A DNA stretch of 64,000 nt from an uncultured Candidatus Saccharibacteria bacterium (GTDB lineage: Bacteria > Patescibacteriota > UBA1384 > 2-12-FULL-50-11). The stretch lies in NCBI GenBank assembly GCA_964599405.1, contig CAZRED010000001.1, forward strand, positions 218,323 to 282,322, in the 5' to 3' direction. The notes beneath the pieces were generated by a model. That model was not told where the DNA came from and searched no databases. It saw only the letters and a program-made list of their open reading frames with translations. Positions 18,361 to 27,824 of the stretch are shown piece after piece; within the stretch, counting starts at the first letter, position 1, and the number at the start of each line of letters is the position of its first letter. Made by a program: the position numbers and the translations under genes.

Positions 18361-19083
18361 CTAGTTGACTTGGTTGGGATTAGTGGCTTTGGCGACGTCT
18401 TGCTTGTAGAGCACCTGGACAGTCAGCCGGGATTCTTTATCCACCCGGTTTTTTGCTTGGACGATGATTTGGTTAAGGCCGGGCGAAAGCTGAACATCTT
18501 GGGAGAACTTGCCGTCGGCACCAACGTAAATTGGTTCGGCGTTCATTGAGACAATCGCTCCCTGGGTGGTCCAGCCTTCCAACATCACCGTATCGCGATT
18601 ACTGGTGAACTCAGTTGGCACATTAGTAATCTCCAGTTGCGGCGGCTCGGCAAACTTACGCACTTGGTAAATAATATAGCCAGAGATGCCGCCGAAGACC
18701 GCCAGTATTCCAATTACTCCTAGTAGTTTGGGTGTGACTAAAAAACTCCAATCGCCAAGCCGGGCCGGACGGAGCTGATGGACAGCGCTGGCAATTGGGC
18801 CTAACCGTTGGTCGGAGCGCTCAAAACGGTAGAGCTGAATAATTTTTTCCGGGTTGAGATGTAAAAATTCCGCATAGCCCCGAACGTAGCCGATATTGTA
18901 AGCTTCCGCCGGCATTTGGTCGTATTTTCCTTCCTCCAGCGCCCGCAGGTGCTTGGCGGCAATGCAGGTTTGTTGCTCGGCCTGTTCAATCGTTAGCCCC
19001 GCTTTGCTGCGGGCAGCTTTCAAAATTGAGCCAAGTGCCCGGCGACGATTGCCGATTTTTTTGGTCACAAAACCCGCCGTCAT
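18361..19083 (-). CDS. RodZ-like HTH/transmembrane cytoskeleton protein
   Basis: XRE-type HTH (LGSILKAARSKAGLTIEQAEQQT), one TM, C-terminal DUF4115-like domain. Start taken at M21 of the track ORF. Confidence 0.55.
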   Translation of the reverse strand: MTAGFVTKKIGNRRRALGSILKAARSKAGLTIEQAEQQTCIAAKHLRALEEGKYDQMPAEAYNIGYVRGYAEFLHLNPEKIIQLYRFERSDQRLGPIASAVHQLRPARLGDWSFLVTPKLLGVIGILAVFGGISGYIIYQVRKFAEPPQLEITNVPTEFTSNRDTVMLEGWTTQGAIVSMNAEPIYVGADGKFSQDVQLSPGLNQIIVQAKNRVDKESRLTVQVLYKQDVAKATNPNQVN

Positions 19084-19179
19084 CGGCCGAACAGGTGGGA
19101 CACACAAAAGGAGGTAACTAACACTCTCATCCTGTACAACCAACGCTACGCCGATATTTTAGCAGCGTCAAACCTAAGG

Positions 19180-19485
19180 TTACGAACGCTCAAGGATGAT
19201 TTTTTTATCAAATCCTCCACGCTTGTCGCGTTTTACTTGGCGAACTCTGTTGAGCTCTTCTTCGGAGACGCCCAGGGCAGTGGCGGTAGCATAAGTAATT
19301 TCCAACAAATCGGCCAGCTCTTCTGGATCGCCAGACTCTAAGAACTCCGCCACTTCTTCGCCAAGTTTTTCTTTGGCTTTAACCAGGAATTCGGCGTCAT
19401 CGGCAATGTGCGTTTCGGCTTTTTCGCCTTTGGCAGCGATAATCTCCGGAATCTTGTCGCGAATGAGTTTGTTGTACTCTTTCAT
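19180..19485 (-). CDS. MazG-like nucleotide pyrophosphohydrolase (small all-alpha NTP-PPase)
   Basis: NKLIRDKIPEII ... EELADLLE motif pattern of the about 100-aa MazG-like family. Confidence 0.6.
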   Translation of the reverse strand: MKEYNKLIRDKIPEIIAAKGEKAETHIADDAEFLVKAKEKLGEEVAEFLESGDPEELADLLEITYATATALGVSEEELNRVRQVKRDKRGGFDKKIILERS

Positions 19486-19653
19486 CTGCCCTGACTATAT
19501 ATTCCTACGTTCTTGTTGGAAAGCCGGAGTTTTTCGCAGCGACTTACGCAGCCGTCCTGGCATGGTCGCCCGTAGGGCGCAGGCGGCGAGGAATAAAGCG
19601 CAGCGAGTCGCTGGACGAGCAAGCGGTCGCGAGAAAAAGCTCCGGCTTGAATG

Positions 19654-21702
19654 CTATGGCCCGACGTAGTCGTCTGGCTGAACCAGCACATCACGTGGTT
19701 TGGCCCCGTCTGGCGGTCCAATTACTCCTTCCGCTTCCAATAGGTCCAGCAAGCGGGCAGCTCGGGCGTAGCCGACTTTCAGGCGACGTTGCATTAGCGA
19801 AGCCGAGGCCTTGCCAGCTTGAATCACCAAATCGCGCGCTTCGTTGTAGAGCTCGTCGTCGTCAGATCCGCCCTCGCCCCCATGGTGGTGGCCGTCGGCT
19901 TTCACACCACCACGATAAGTAGTGATGGCTTCGTCATAGACAGCCGGCGCTTGGTTTTTAATAAACTCCGTGACGGCGCGGATTTCTTTATCTTGCAAGA
20001 AAACACCCTGAATCCGCCTTGGTTGGGGCTGGTCGGAACTGATGTAGAGCATGTCGCCCTTACCGAGCAGCTTTTCAGCGCCACCTTGGTCTAAAATTGT
20101 TCGGGAATCGGCCATGCTCGGGACGGCAAAGCCAATCCGCGCCGGAATATTAGCTTTAATCAAACCGGTAATCACATCCACCGACGGCCGCTGGGTGGCC
20201 ACAATCAAATGCATTCCTACCGCTCGGGCCATCTGGGCAATCCGGACAATCGAGGCTTCCACTTCGTTGGCCGCCTGGCTCATTAGGTCGGCCAGCTCGT
20301 CAACAATCACCACGATGTAGGGTAGTTTTTGTTGTTCGGCCGGCAAGTCGCTGTTGAACGCTTCAATGTTTCGGCGGTTATGCGCGGAGAGTACTTGGTA
20401 GCGCCGTTCCATCTCCGCTACCGCCCAACGCAGGGCCGAGATGGTTTTGTCGGTTTCGGTCACAACGTTTATCAGTAAGTGAGCCATATTATTGTACTCA
20501 ACGAACTCCACTCGCTTCGGGTCGATCAGCAGCAGCCGGAGATCTTCCGGCGAGTTTTTATAGAGCAGGTTGACGAGAATCGCGTTCATACAGACCGACT
20601 TACCGCTGCCGGTCGCCCCGGCGATCAGTAGGTGGGGCATTTGTTTTAAGTCCGCCACAATCACTTTGCCGGCAACGTCCCGACCCAGTCCCAACTCCAA
20701 ATTAGAGTCGGTTTCTTTGTAGTCGGACGACTCCAATACTTCTCGCAAACTGACAGTGGCCGCTACTTTGTTTGGCACTTCAATACCCACTAAGGATTTG
20801 CCGGGGATTGGCGCTTCAATACGAATTGGGTGGGCGGCCAGAGCCAGAGCCACGTCGTTGGAGCGGGCGGTAATGGCGCTCAACTTCATCCCTTCAGCCG
20901 GCTTCAGGGTGTACTGGGTCAGAGTTGGGCCAACATTAACTTCCCGCATTGCCACTTCGATACCAAAGTCTTTAAGGGTCTTTTTGATTGTTTCAACGTT
21001 TTTACCGATATCGCCGGCTTCAGCCTTGGTCGAGGCGGAGTACTCCAGCAGGCTTAACTCCGGGAACTGCCACTGGCCGTTACCGACCACCAGGGCCGGG
21101 CCAACGTTGGAGGGCTGTTGTTTCATGGTGCGCACCGGGATGCGGGAATTTTCGTTAATTCTGACGCCGCCACTGTTGCGCTGGGCAAAGTTGAAGCGCT
21201 CCAACAGCTGCTTGATCGAGGTGTTAAAAGCCAGCATCACCGCCACCACCGTGATGGCAAGTAGGGCAATGTACCCACCGGCTGTACCAAGTACAGATTG
21301 AAAAACGCCGAACATTCCCCGGCCAACCGACCCACCGGTCGAATTAAAAATGGCCGGGATTAGCAGGAATAATAAAACCACGCCAATAGCGCTCGTTGCT
21401 CGCATGTAATCGGCTTTTAGAAGTAGTAGCTTCACGCCGGTGTAAATCAGCACAAACGGCGTGGCGTAGGCCAGCACGCCAAACAGGGTGGTAGATAAAC
21501 GGAAAAACGTGTCGCCGAAACCACCAGCTAATCGGAACAGCCCCAAAGCAAAAAGCACGCCGAAAAGTAGCAGCACCACCGCCACAATTTCCCGAGCCGT
21601 ATCCGGTTCAACGGCCCAAACTAAATTGTCCCAAAATGTTGGCAGACGCTTGCGCCGGCGCGATCCATAGCGCCGTCTTCGGCTAAACAGTCCCATAGCC
21701 AT
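19654..21702 (-). CDS. ftsK: DNA translocase FtsK/SpoIIIE
   Basis: N-terminal TM helices, AGATGSGKSV Walker A, C-terminal gamma winged-helix (LMQRRLKVGYARAARLLDLLE). Confidence 0.9.
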   Translation of the reverse strand: MAMGLFSRRRRYGSRRRKRLPTFWDNLVWAVEPDTAREIVAVVLLLFGVLFALGLFRLAGGFGDTFFRLSTTLFGVLAYATPFVLIYTGVKLLLLKADYMRATSAIGVVLLFLLIPAIFNSTGGSVGRGMFGVFQSVLGTAGGYIALLAITVVAVMLAFNTSIKQLLERFNFAQRNSGGVRINENSRIPVRTMKQQPSNVGPALVVGNGQWQFPELSLLEYSASTKAEAGDIGKNVETIKKTLKDFGIEVAMREVNVGPTLTQYTLKPAEGMKLSAITARSNDVALALAAHPIRIEAPIPGKSLVGIEVPNKVAATVSLREVLESSDYKETDSNLELGLGRDVAGKVIVADLKQMPHLLIAGATGSGKSVCMNAILVNLLYKNSPEDLRLLLIDPKRVEFVEYNNMAHLLINVVTETDKTISALRWAVAEMERRYQVLSAHNRRNIEAFNSDLPAEQQKLPYIVVIVDELADLMSQAANEVEASIVRIAQMARAVGMHLIVATQRPSVDVITGLIKANIPARIGFAVPSMADSRTILDQGGAEKLLGKGDMLYISSDQPQPRRIQGVFLQDKEIRAVTEFIKNQAPAVYDEAITTYRGGVKADGHHHGGEGGSDDDELYNEARDLVIQAGKASASLMQRRLKVGYARAARLLDLLEAEGVIGPPDGAKPRDVLVQPDDYVGP

Positions 21703-21749
21703 ATCCTAGCAACTGGTTGACTTTTTGCCAGAGGAGTTCTGCTTAGATA

Positions 21750-21778
21750 GATTGAAAAACTAGCTAGCTCAACATATA
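21750..21778 (+). promoter_or_regulatory. sigma70 promoter TTGAAA-17-TATAAT
   Basis: Canonical hexamers with 17-bp spacing read directly from the sequence, upstream of 21810. Confidence 0.6.
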
Positions 21779-21809
21779 ATGTCGGGGTACTTCACCAGGA
21801 GTAGGCACC

Positions 21810-22109
21810 ATGATAAAAAGGTTTTTTGCACGAATAGCCAGCCTGCTTAACGGCACGGTTAGGCCAAGCGACCCTGACAAACCAACGGAAATGCCAAAAG
21901 ACGGCATGCTTCACTGCCCAGTATGTGGCGGGGTAACGTTTCGCAAAGGTCCAGGAGGCGGAGACGGAATGTGCGTTCTGTGCGTCGGCTGTGGCCAGGA
22001 ATACAATTATCACCCCGTGACCGGCATCTATCGCTGGGTTTCACCAAGATCGGCATACGAGCTTCGTCAAATCTACGGCGACGACCTCCCCTGCCTTACC
22101 AGTGGCTAG
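21810..22109 (+). CDS. small zinc-ribbon protein
   Basis: CPVCGG...CVGCGQ. 99 aa. Confidence 0.45.
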   Translation: MIKRFFARIASLLNGTVRPSDPDKPTEMPKDGMLHCPVCGGVTFRKGPGGGDGMCVLCVGCGQEYNYHPVTGIYRWVSPRSAYELRQIYGDDLPCLTSG

Positions 22110-22115
22110 ATTGCC

Positions 22116-22141
22116 AGCCCCAGACACACTCGTGTTTGGGG
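22116..22141 (+). terminator. rho-independent terminator
   Basis: Hairpin CCCCAGACAC-ACTC-GTGTTTGGGG followed by CTTTATTTAT. Confidence 0.55.
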
Positions 22142-22147
22142 CTTTAT

Positions 22148-24166
22148 TTATACGTTAATCACAACGGTAATCACCATCGGACTACGCTGGGTTTTGTGGA
22201 AAAGGTAGTCGGTCATCTCGTCGCGCAGTTGCCGTTTGAAATTATCCCAATTCTTACTTTTGCGCGACAGGGCTTGGGCGTGGATTTTCCGGACTAACGC
22301 CCGGGCGCCGCCAATTAGTTCTTCGGACTCTTTCATGTAGACAAAGCCGCGGGAAATTATATCTGGCGATGACATCAAGCGGCCACTTTTGCCGTCGACT
22401 GTCATAACCACCATAAAGAGTCCATCTTTAGCCATCGTTTGGCGATCGCGCAGAACGATCTCACCAACATCGCCGACGCCGGAGCCGTCAATTAGCACTT
22501 GGCCAACCGGCACTCGTTCATCAGTAATTCTGCCAGTATTATCTGGTGTGAACTCGGCCACTCGGCCATTTTCCAGAATTAATCCATTTTTTTCTTCCAT
22601 GCCACACTGAACAGCCAACTTAATGTGCTCAACGAACCGGCGGTAGTCGCCGTGAATCGGAATTAAGTATTTCGGCTTCAACAGGTTGAGCATAATTTTG
22701 ATTTCATCAATATGGGCATGACCAGACGAGTGGATGTCGAGCTGCTTATTGGTGATTACTTCTGCCCCCTCGCGGTAAAGGTTGTTGATGGTGTTTTCAA
22801 TCCCCTTTTCGTTGCCGGGTACTTGCGAGGAAGACAACACTACGGTGTCGCCTTTTTTGATTTTAATGTGGCGGTGCTCGCCCAGAGCCATTCGCACTAA
22901 CGCCGAGAATTCTTCGCCTTGGCTACCGGTACACATCACGACGATTTTGTCGTCGGGCAGGCTGTTAATCGTTCGAATGTCCACTAGTACTCCTTGGGGC
23001 ACCTTCAAATAACCAAGCTCCATAGCAATGTTAGCGTTGCGCTCCATCGAGCGGCCAGATAGCGCCAAATGGCGATTGGTTTTAGCGCAAGCGGTGACAA
23101 CGTGCTGAATCCGGTCGATTCGCGAAGAAAAGCTGGAAACAATCACCCGGCTCTTAGCGTCAACGAAGATATCTTCAATGGCTTTACCAACTACTCGTTC
23201 GCTGATGGTGTGGCCTTCGGTCATCACATTGGTGGAGTCGGAAAGCAGACAGAGAATCCCCCGCTGGGCCAGCTCGGTCAGTTTGACAAAATCGGTTGGC
23301 TCGCCAAACGGCGTGTCCATATCAATTCGCCAGTCGGTAGCGTGAAAAACTAGTCCGGCAGGAGTGGTGATGGCAAAACCAAGGATATCGGGAATTGAGT
23401 GGGTCATTCGCACCGGCTCAATCGAAAAGGCGCCGATTTGGACTTTTTCGCCCGGTTTGATAATCCGGAATTCGGCGTTGGGGATGCCGTGCTCTTCAAA
23501 TTTGGCTTTAATAAAGCCGGCCGTTAGCGGGGCGGTGTAGATTGGTACTGGGTACTTCGGCCAAACGTACGGGAAGGCGCCGATGTGGTCTTCATGGCCG
23601 TGGGAAACCAAGAAGGCCCGAATCCGGTCTTTGTTTTCGTCTAAATAGGTGGTGTCGGCAATCACGTAGTCAATTCCCGGCATCGAGGCGTCGGGGAATT
23701 GGATGCCGGCGTCAATAATAATGATGTCGTTGTCGTATTCGAAAACAATCATATTTTTTTCGCCGACTTCTTTGGAGCCACCGAGCGGGATAATTCTTAG
23801 TACCTTCGTTGGGGCGCGGCGAATTAGTTTAGCGCCTTCTTCCCGTTTGTTCTCACTTAAGGAAATGCGGCGGGGTGGTAGCGGTTTATTGCGGCGTGAT
23901 CGCGAGCCGCCACGAGCGTCCGGTCGGCCCCTCGAGTCCCCTCGGGGTTGCCCTGAGTCTATCGAAGGGCGGCGGTTTGGCGATTGACTGTTGTTTGGTC
24001 GATCGCCCTGTCTGAAGGGACGGGATGGGCGATTTGGGCGGTTTTTTCGCTCTGGGCGGGGGCTGGCGTTCGGTTGAAGCACCGATCCGGCGTCAGAGAT
24101 GTCGACGGCCTTTTTTTGCTCAGGCGTCAAAGAGCTGTCCGTATTGGACGTAGGTAATGTATTCAA
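22148..24166 (-). CDS. rnj: ribonuclease J with about 130-aa R/S/P-rich N-terminal extension
   Basis: Metallo-beta-lactamase HxHxDH (VSHGHEDHIG), beta-CASP and C-terminal domains. Low-complexity basic N-terminus. Confidence 0.9.
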   Translation of the reverse strand: MNTLPTSNTDSSLTPEQKKAVDISDAGSVLQPNASPRPERKNRPNRPSRPFRQGDRPNNSQSPNRRPSIDSGQPRGDSRGRPDARGGSRSRRNKPLPPRRISLSENKREEGAKLIRRAPTKVLRIIPLGGSKEVGEKNMIVFEYDNDIIIIDAGIQFPDASMPGIDYVIADTTYLDENKDRIRAFLVSHGHEDHIGAFPYVWPKYPVPIYTAPLTAGFIKAKFEEHGIPNAEFRIIKPGEKVQIGAFSIEPVRMTHSIPDILGFAITTPAGLVFHATDWRIDMDTPFGEPTDFVKLTELAQRGILCLLSDSTNVMTEGHTISERVVGKAIEDIFVDAKSRVIVSSFSSRIDRIQHVVTACAKTNRHLALSGRSMERNANIAMELGYLKVPQGVLVDIRTINSLPDDKIVVMCTGSQGEEFSALVRMALGEHRHIKIKKGDTVVLSSSQVPGNEKGIENTINNLYREGAEVITNKQLDIHSSGHAHIDEIKIMLNLLKPKYLIPIHGDYRRFVEHIKLAVQCGMEEKNGLILENGRVAEFTPDNTGRITDERVPVGQVLIDGSGVGDVGEIVLRDRQTMAKDGLFMVVMTVDGKSGRLMSSPDIISRGFVYMKESEELIGGARALVRKIHAQALSRKSKNWDNFKRQLRDEMTDYLFHKTQRSPMVITVVINV

Positions 24167-24267
24167 AGTTACTTCCTTTCTAATGTGTGTAATCTCTCAA
24201 ATTCCTTAGTGGGAGCACGGGAATATTGAGCTGAATATATATATTGTAGGCAAATTGGTTAAATTAG

Positions 24268-24882
24268 TCAACCGGCGGCGGTAATCTTGTCCATGTAGGC
24301 GGGGATCTTAGCGAAGTCCGCCAGCAAGGTTGCGCGCATTGAGCCGTTGTAGAGCGCGGCGGCCGGATGGTAGAGCGGCAGGTAATGTTGGCCTTTCTGC
24401 TCAACTAATTCCCCGTGAACTTCACTAATTGTGGCCGGCTTGCTACTTAAGGGTAGTTTATCGCCCTTCACGGGGAGGCTTAGTCCCGGCAGAACCGCAT
24501 TCAACGCATGCCTCCCCAGAAAACAGATTAGTTTTGGTTTGATAATAGCAATCTGTTTTTGGAGAAATGGCAACTGGAAACTAATTTCCTCCGGCAATGG
24601 GTCGCGGTTACCTGGTGGCTGGTACTTAATAACGTTAGCGATAAAAACGTCTTGGCGCTCTAAACCAATGGAGTTGAGCATTTCTTCCAGAAATTTCCCG
24701 GCTGCCCCGACAAACGGCCGGCCAGTTTCGTTTTCTTTCGCCCCAGGCGCTTCGCCGATAAACATTATCTGGGCATCCGGACTGCCCTCACCAGGAACGG
24801 GGTTTTGGTTGGGAACGTACTTACAGCGCTCGCAAGCGGCAATGCGCTTAGCCACCAGCTCAAGCGCTTCTTCCTTAGTCAT
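24268..24882 (-). CDS. uracil-DNA glycosylase, family 4
   Basis: CERC (Fe-S cysteines), GEAPGAKE, GRPFVGAAG motifs. Start taken at the internal ATG (MTKEE...). Confidence 0.8.
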   Translation of the reverse strand: MTKEEALELVAKRIAACERCKYVPNQNPVPGEGSPDAQIMFIGEAPGAKENETGRPFVGAAGKFLEEMLNSIGLERQDVFIANVIKYQPPGNRDPLPEEISFQLPFLQKQIAIIKPKLICFLGRHALNAVLPGLSLPVKGDKLPLSSKPATISEVHGELVEQKGQHYLPLYHPAAALYNGSMRATLLADFAKIPAYMDKITAAG

Positions 24883-24946
24883 CAGCTTCGGTATAGCATA
24901 ATCTAAAAACAAAGGCTCCGTGGTAACGGAGCCTTGGAAAAAGTTT

Positions 24947-25348
24947 TCAGAAGAGGCTGCACTCTCGATCGATTTGACACAGAGAGAAGTAAGCCTCGCG
25001 ATACTCGCGCTTCCTAATGAGTCGAGAGAACTCAAGTTTGGCAGCCCGGTTACGGTAGTAGAAGTATCTAGCTACCAATACCAACGTGGCTATGTACGTA
25101 ATGGCGATGAGAGTGAGCCAAACGCCTGACAGGAGACTTTGCACTTCCAGTCTTTCGGTAACAAGCGTAGCCACATACATGGCCGGTAGAGCCAAAAACA
25201 TCGCAATAGCAAATACAGACATGACAGAAAAGTTGCGTGTCGTCACAGACAGGTTGTGCAGCTCAATTATTCGATCACTTTCTTCGCCTGGAGGCAAATC
25301 AGCAAGCCGGCCGAAAATAGCGAGCGCCTTAGCGTCGGATGGTCCCAT
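24947..25348 (-). CDS. hypothetical membrane protein
   Basis: 133 aa with two hydrophobic helices. Plus-strand overlapping ORFs look antisense. Confidence 0.4.
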   Translation of the reverse strand: MGPSDAKALAIFGRLADLPPGEESDRIIELHNLSVTTRNFSVMSVFAIAMFLALPAMYVATLVTERLEVQSLLSGVWLTLIAITYIATLVLVARYFYYRNRAAKLEFSRLIRKREYREAYFSLCQIDRECSLF

Positions 25349-25387
25349 AAATGTACACCTCGAAAAGGTGGTTTGATTATAGGGGAG

Positions 25388-27484
25388 TTAACCTACCCTA
25401 GCAAGGGAAATTCGGCCGCGTTCGGAGTCTACTTCTTTGACTTTAACAGTTAGGGTGTCGCCGACTTTGACGACGTCGGAGACATTTTGAACAAACTGGC
25501 CGTTGCCGAGCGCCGAAATATGAATCATTCCGTCACGATTCGGGGTTAGCTGAACAATTGCCCCAATTTCTTTGCCGGAGTTGCGGTCTTTAACGATTTG
25601 AATCACCGGGCCGGTAAATTCCTGGCCGAGCTCAATCGGTTTGCCGATCGCTTCCACGATGGTTTTAACCGAATCAGCCACTTTCGCGTCAGCCGTGGTA
25701 ATCATCACCGTGCCGTCTTCTTCAATGTCAATCGACAGGATATCCGGACCGCCGTGGTCGTCGATAATTTTGTTAATCACTTTGCCGCCTGGGCCGATTA
25801 GTTCGCCGATTTTCTCTGGGTCAATTTTGCAGGTAATAATCTTCGGCGCGTACGGCGACAGTTCTTTTCTTGGCTCGGCGATAACTTTCAGCATCTCGGC
25901 CATAATCTGCTCGCGACCCTTTAGGGCGTCAACAAAAGTCTGGTGAATCATCTTGTCAGTTAGGCCGCCGTTTTTTACGTCCAGCTGAATAGCGGTGATA
26001 CCGTTTTTAGTGCCGGCGATTTTGAAATCCATCTCCCCGGCAAAATCTTCCAAGCCCTGCAAGTCGGTCAGTACCTGAAAATTATCGTCGGATTCGGCAA
26101 CTAATCCCATGGCAATACCAGCCACTGGGGACTTAATTGGCACGCCGGCGTCCATCAGGGCTAAAGTGGAGCCGCAAGTGGCGGCCATCGAGCTGGAGCC
26201 GTTCGAACCAAGAGTCTCGGAAACTAAGCGAATCGTGTAAGGAAAATCTGCTTTATCGGGAATCATGGCCGCGAGCGCTTTTTCGGCTAGGGCCCCGTGG
26301 CCGATTTCTCGGCGGTTCATGCCGCCCATCCGCTTCACTTCGCCGGTAGCGTAGGGCGGGAAGTTGTAGTGATGAATGTAGCGTTTTTTGCCGAACTGCT
26401 CGAGGGTGTCAATCCACTGCTCTTGGCTAGGACCAGCCAGCGTGGCGATAGTTAGCGCTTGGGTTTCGCCGCGATTAAACAGACCGGAGCCGTGAACGCG
26501 CGGCAAGAGCCCTACTTCCGCCGAAACGGAGCGAACTTCGTCCATTTTTCGTCCGTCGGGGCGCTGTTTCTTTTCCAGAATCAAGGCACGGATGGCTTTC
26601 AAAAAGTGGGCGTCAACCGCTTCCCGAACCTGGGTAGCGTCGTATTTACCGACTAATTCTTCGGTTAAAGCCGCCGTTAGTTCCTTGAGCTTATTGTGGC
26701 GCAGACCCAGATCGGTTTCGGTGACAATTGTTTGGAGTTTGTCCCAAGCTTTTTCTTTAACGGCAATCCAGTGTTCGGCTTCGGTAAACGTCTCTTTTGT
26801 TTTATCTTTGGCAATAAAGGCCTCTTGGGGGGTGATAGCCGCAGCAATCGCTGTTTGGGCAAAGGCCAGGGCTTCCTCCATCTCTTTTTCGGGCACTTCC
26901 AGCGAAGCGACCTCAATCATGGTGATTTTATTGGCAGTACCGGCGGCTAACAGGTCGAGATCGCTCTTCTCCATCTCCTCGTTGGTTGGATTGAGAATTA
27001 GCCCACCATCAATCCGGCCGACTTTAACCGCCGCCACTGGGCCATCAAATGGAGCTTCGGTCTGAACCAGAGCGGCTGAAGCACCGATCACCGCCATCGC
27101 CGAGGTGTCGTGAGTGTCGTCGTAGGCCAGGGTAGTAGCAATAATCTGCACCTCTCGGCGAAAACCTTTCGGGAACATTGGGCGAATGGAGCGGTCGATA
27201 ATTCGGCCCCGTAGTACCGCTTCCTCTGAAGGCCGGCCTTCGCGCTTCATAAATTTCGAGCCGGAAATCTTACCGGCGGCGTACATTCGCTCTTCGTAAT
27301 CAACGGTCATGGGGAAGAAATCGGTGCCTTCGCGCGGCTCCGGCGCCACCACCACGGTGACCAAGAGAACGGTTTCGCCTTGAGTAACGACAACGGAACC
27401 GCTCGCCTGTTTGGCGAGTTTGCCGGTTTCTAATTTTAGTTCAGTCTGGCCAAAAGGGATGGTAGCGGAGGCGGCAGACGACAT
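25388..27484 (-). CDS. pnp: polyribonucleotide nucleotidyltransferase (PNPase)
   Basis: Two RNase PH domains, KH (IGPGGKVINKII) and C-terminal S1 domains. Confidence 0.95.
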   Translation of the reverse strand: MSSAASATIPFGQTELKLETGKLAKQASGSVVVTQGETVLLVTVVVAPEPREGTDFFPMTVDYEERMYAAGKISGSKFMKREGRPSEEAVLRGRIIDRSIRPMFPKGFRREVQIIATTLAYDDTHDTSAMAVIGASAALVQTEAPFDGPVAAVKVGRIDGGLILNPTNEEMEKSDLDLLAAGTANKITMIEVASLEVPEKEMEEALAFAQTAIAAAITPQEAFIAKDKTKETFTEAEHWIAVKEKAWDKLQTIVTETDLGLRHNKLKELTAALTEELVGKYDATQVREAVDAHFLKAIRALILEKKQRPDGRKMDEVRSVSAEVGLLPRVHGSGLFNRGETQALTIATLAGPSQEQWIDTLEQFGKKRYIHHYNFPPYATGEVKRMGGMNRREIGHGALAEKALAAMIPDKADFPYTIRLVSETLGSNGSSSMAATCGSTLALMDAGVPIKSPVAGIAMGLVAESDDNFQVLTDLQGLEDFAGEMDFKIAGTKNGITAIQLDVKNGGLTDKMIHQTFVDALKGREQIMAEMLKVIAEPRKELSPYAPKIITCKIDPEKIGELIGPGGKVINKIIDDHGGPDILSIDIEEDGTVMITTADAKVADSVKTIVEAIGKPIELGQEFTGPVIQIVKDRNSGKEIGAIVQLTPNRDGMIHISALGNGQFVQNVSDVVKVGDTLTVKVKEVDSERGRISLARVG

Positions 27485-27487
27485 GGA

Positions 27488-27754
27488 TTACTTACGCAGT
27501 CCAAGCGATGCAATGAGCTTCTTGTAACCGTCCGGCTGCTTCTTCTCCATATAAGTTAGAAGACTGCGGCGGTGGCTAATCATCTTCAGCAAGCCCATGC
27601 GCGAGTCGTTGTCTTTTTTGTGGTCGCCCAAATGCTTGGAAAGCTGGGTGATTTTTTCCGTCAAAACCGCCACCTGCACTTCGGTAGAACCGGTGTCTTT
27701 AGCGTTGCGCTGAAACTTCTTAATCGCTTTTTCTTTGGTCGTTTGTTTTGCCAT
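27488..27754 (-). CDS. rpsO: 30S ribosomal protein S15
   Basis: ...DTGSTEVQVAVLTEKITQLSKHL...HKKDNDSRMGLLKMISHRRSLLTY. Confidence 0.9.
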   Translation of the reverse strand: MAKQTTKEKAIKKFQRNAKDTGSTEVQVAVLTEKITQLSKHLGDHKKDNDSRMGLLKMISHRRSLLTYMEKKQPDGYKKLIASLGLRK

Positions 27755-27824
27755 ATTTAGAGTTAAATTCTACCAGGAATTTCACCTTGCTTCAACAGCC
27801 GGCAAGCCTTGCCGGATGAGCGAC

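Noticed and set aside
19373-19721. ORFs 19373..19669 (+) and 19482..19721 (-)
   Set aside because: Span the GC-rich nested inverted-repeat element. R/A-rich translations with no RBS. Treated as non-coding structure.
25598-27065. Plus-strand ORFs within pnp (25641..25946, 26592..27065, and others)
   Set aside because: Antisense to PNPase.
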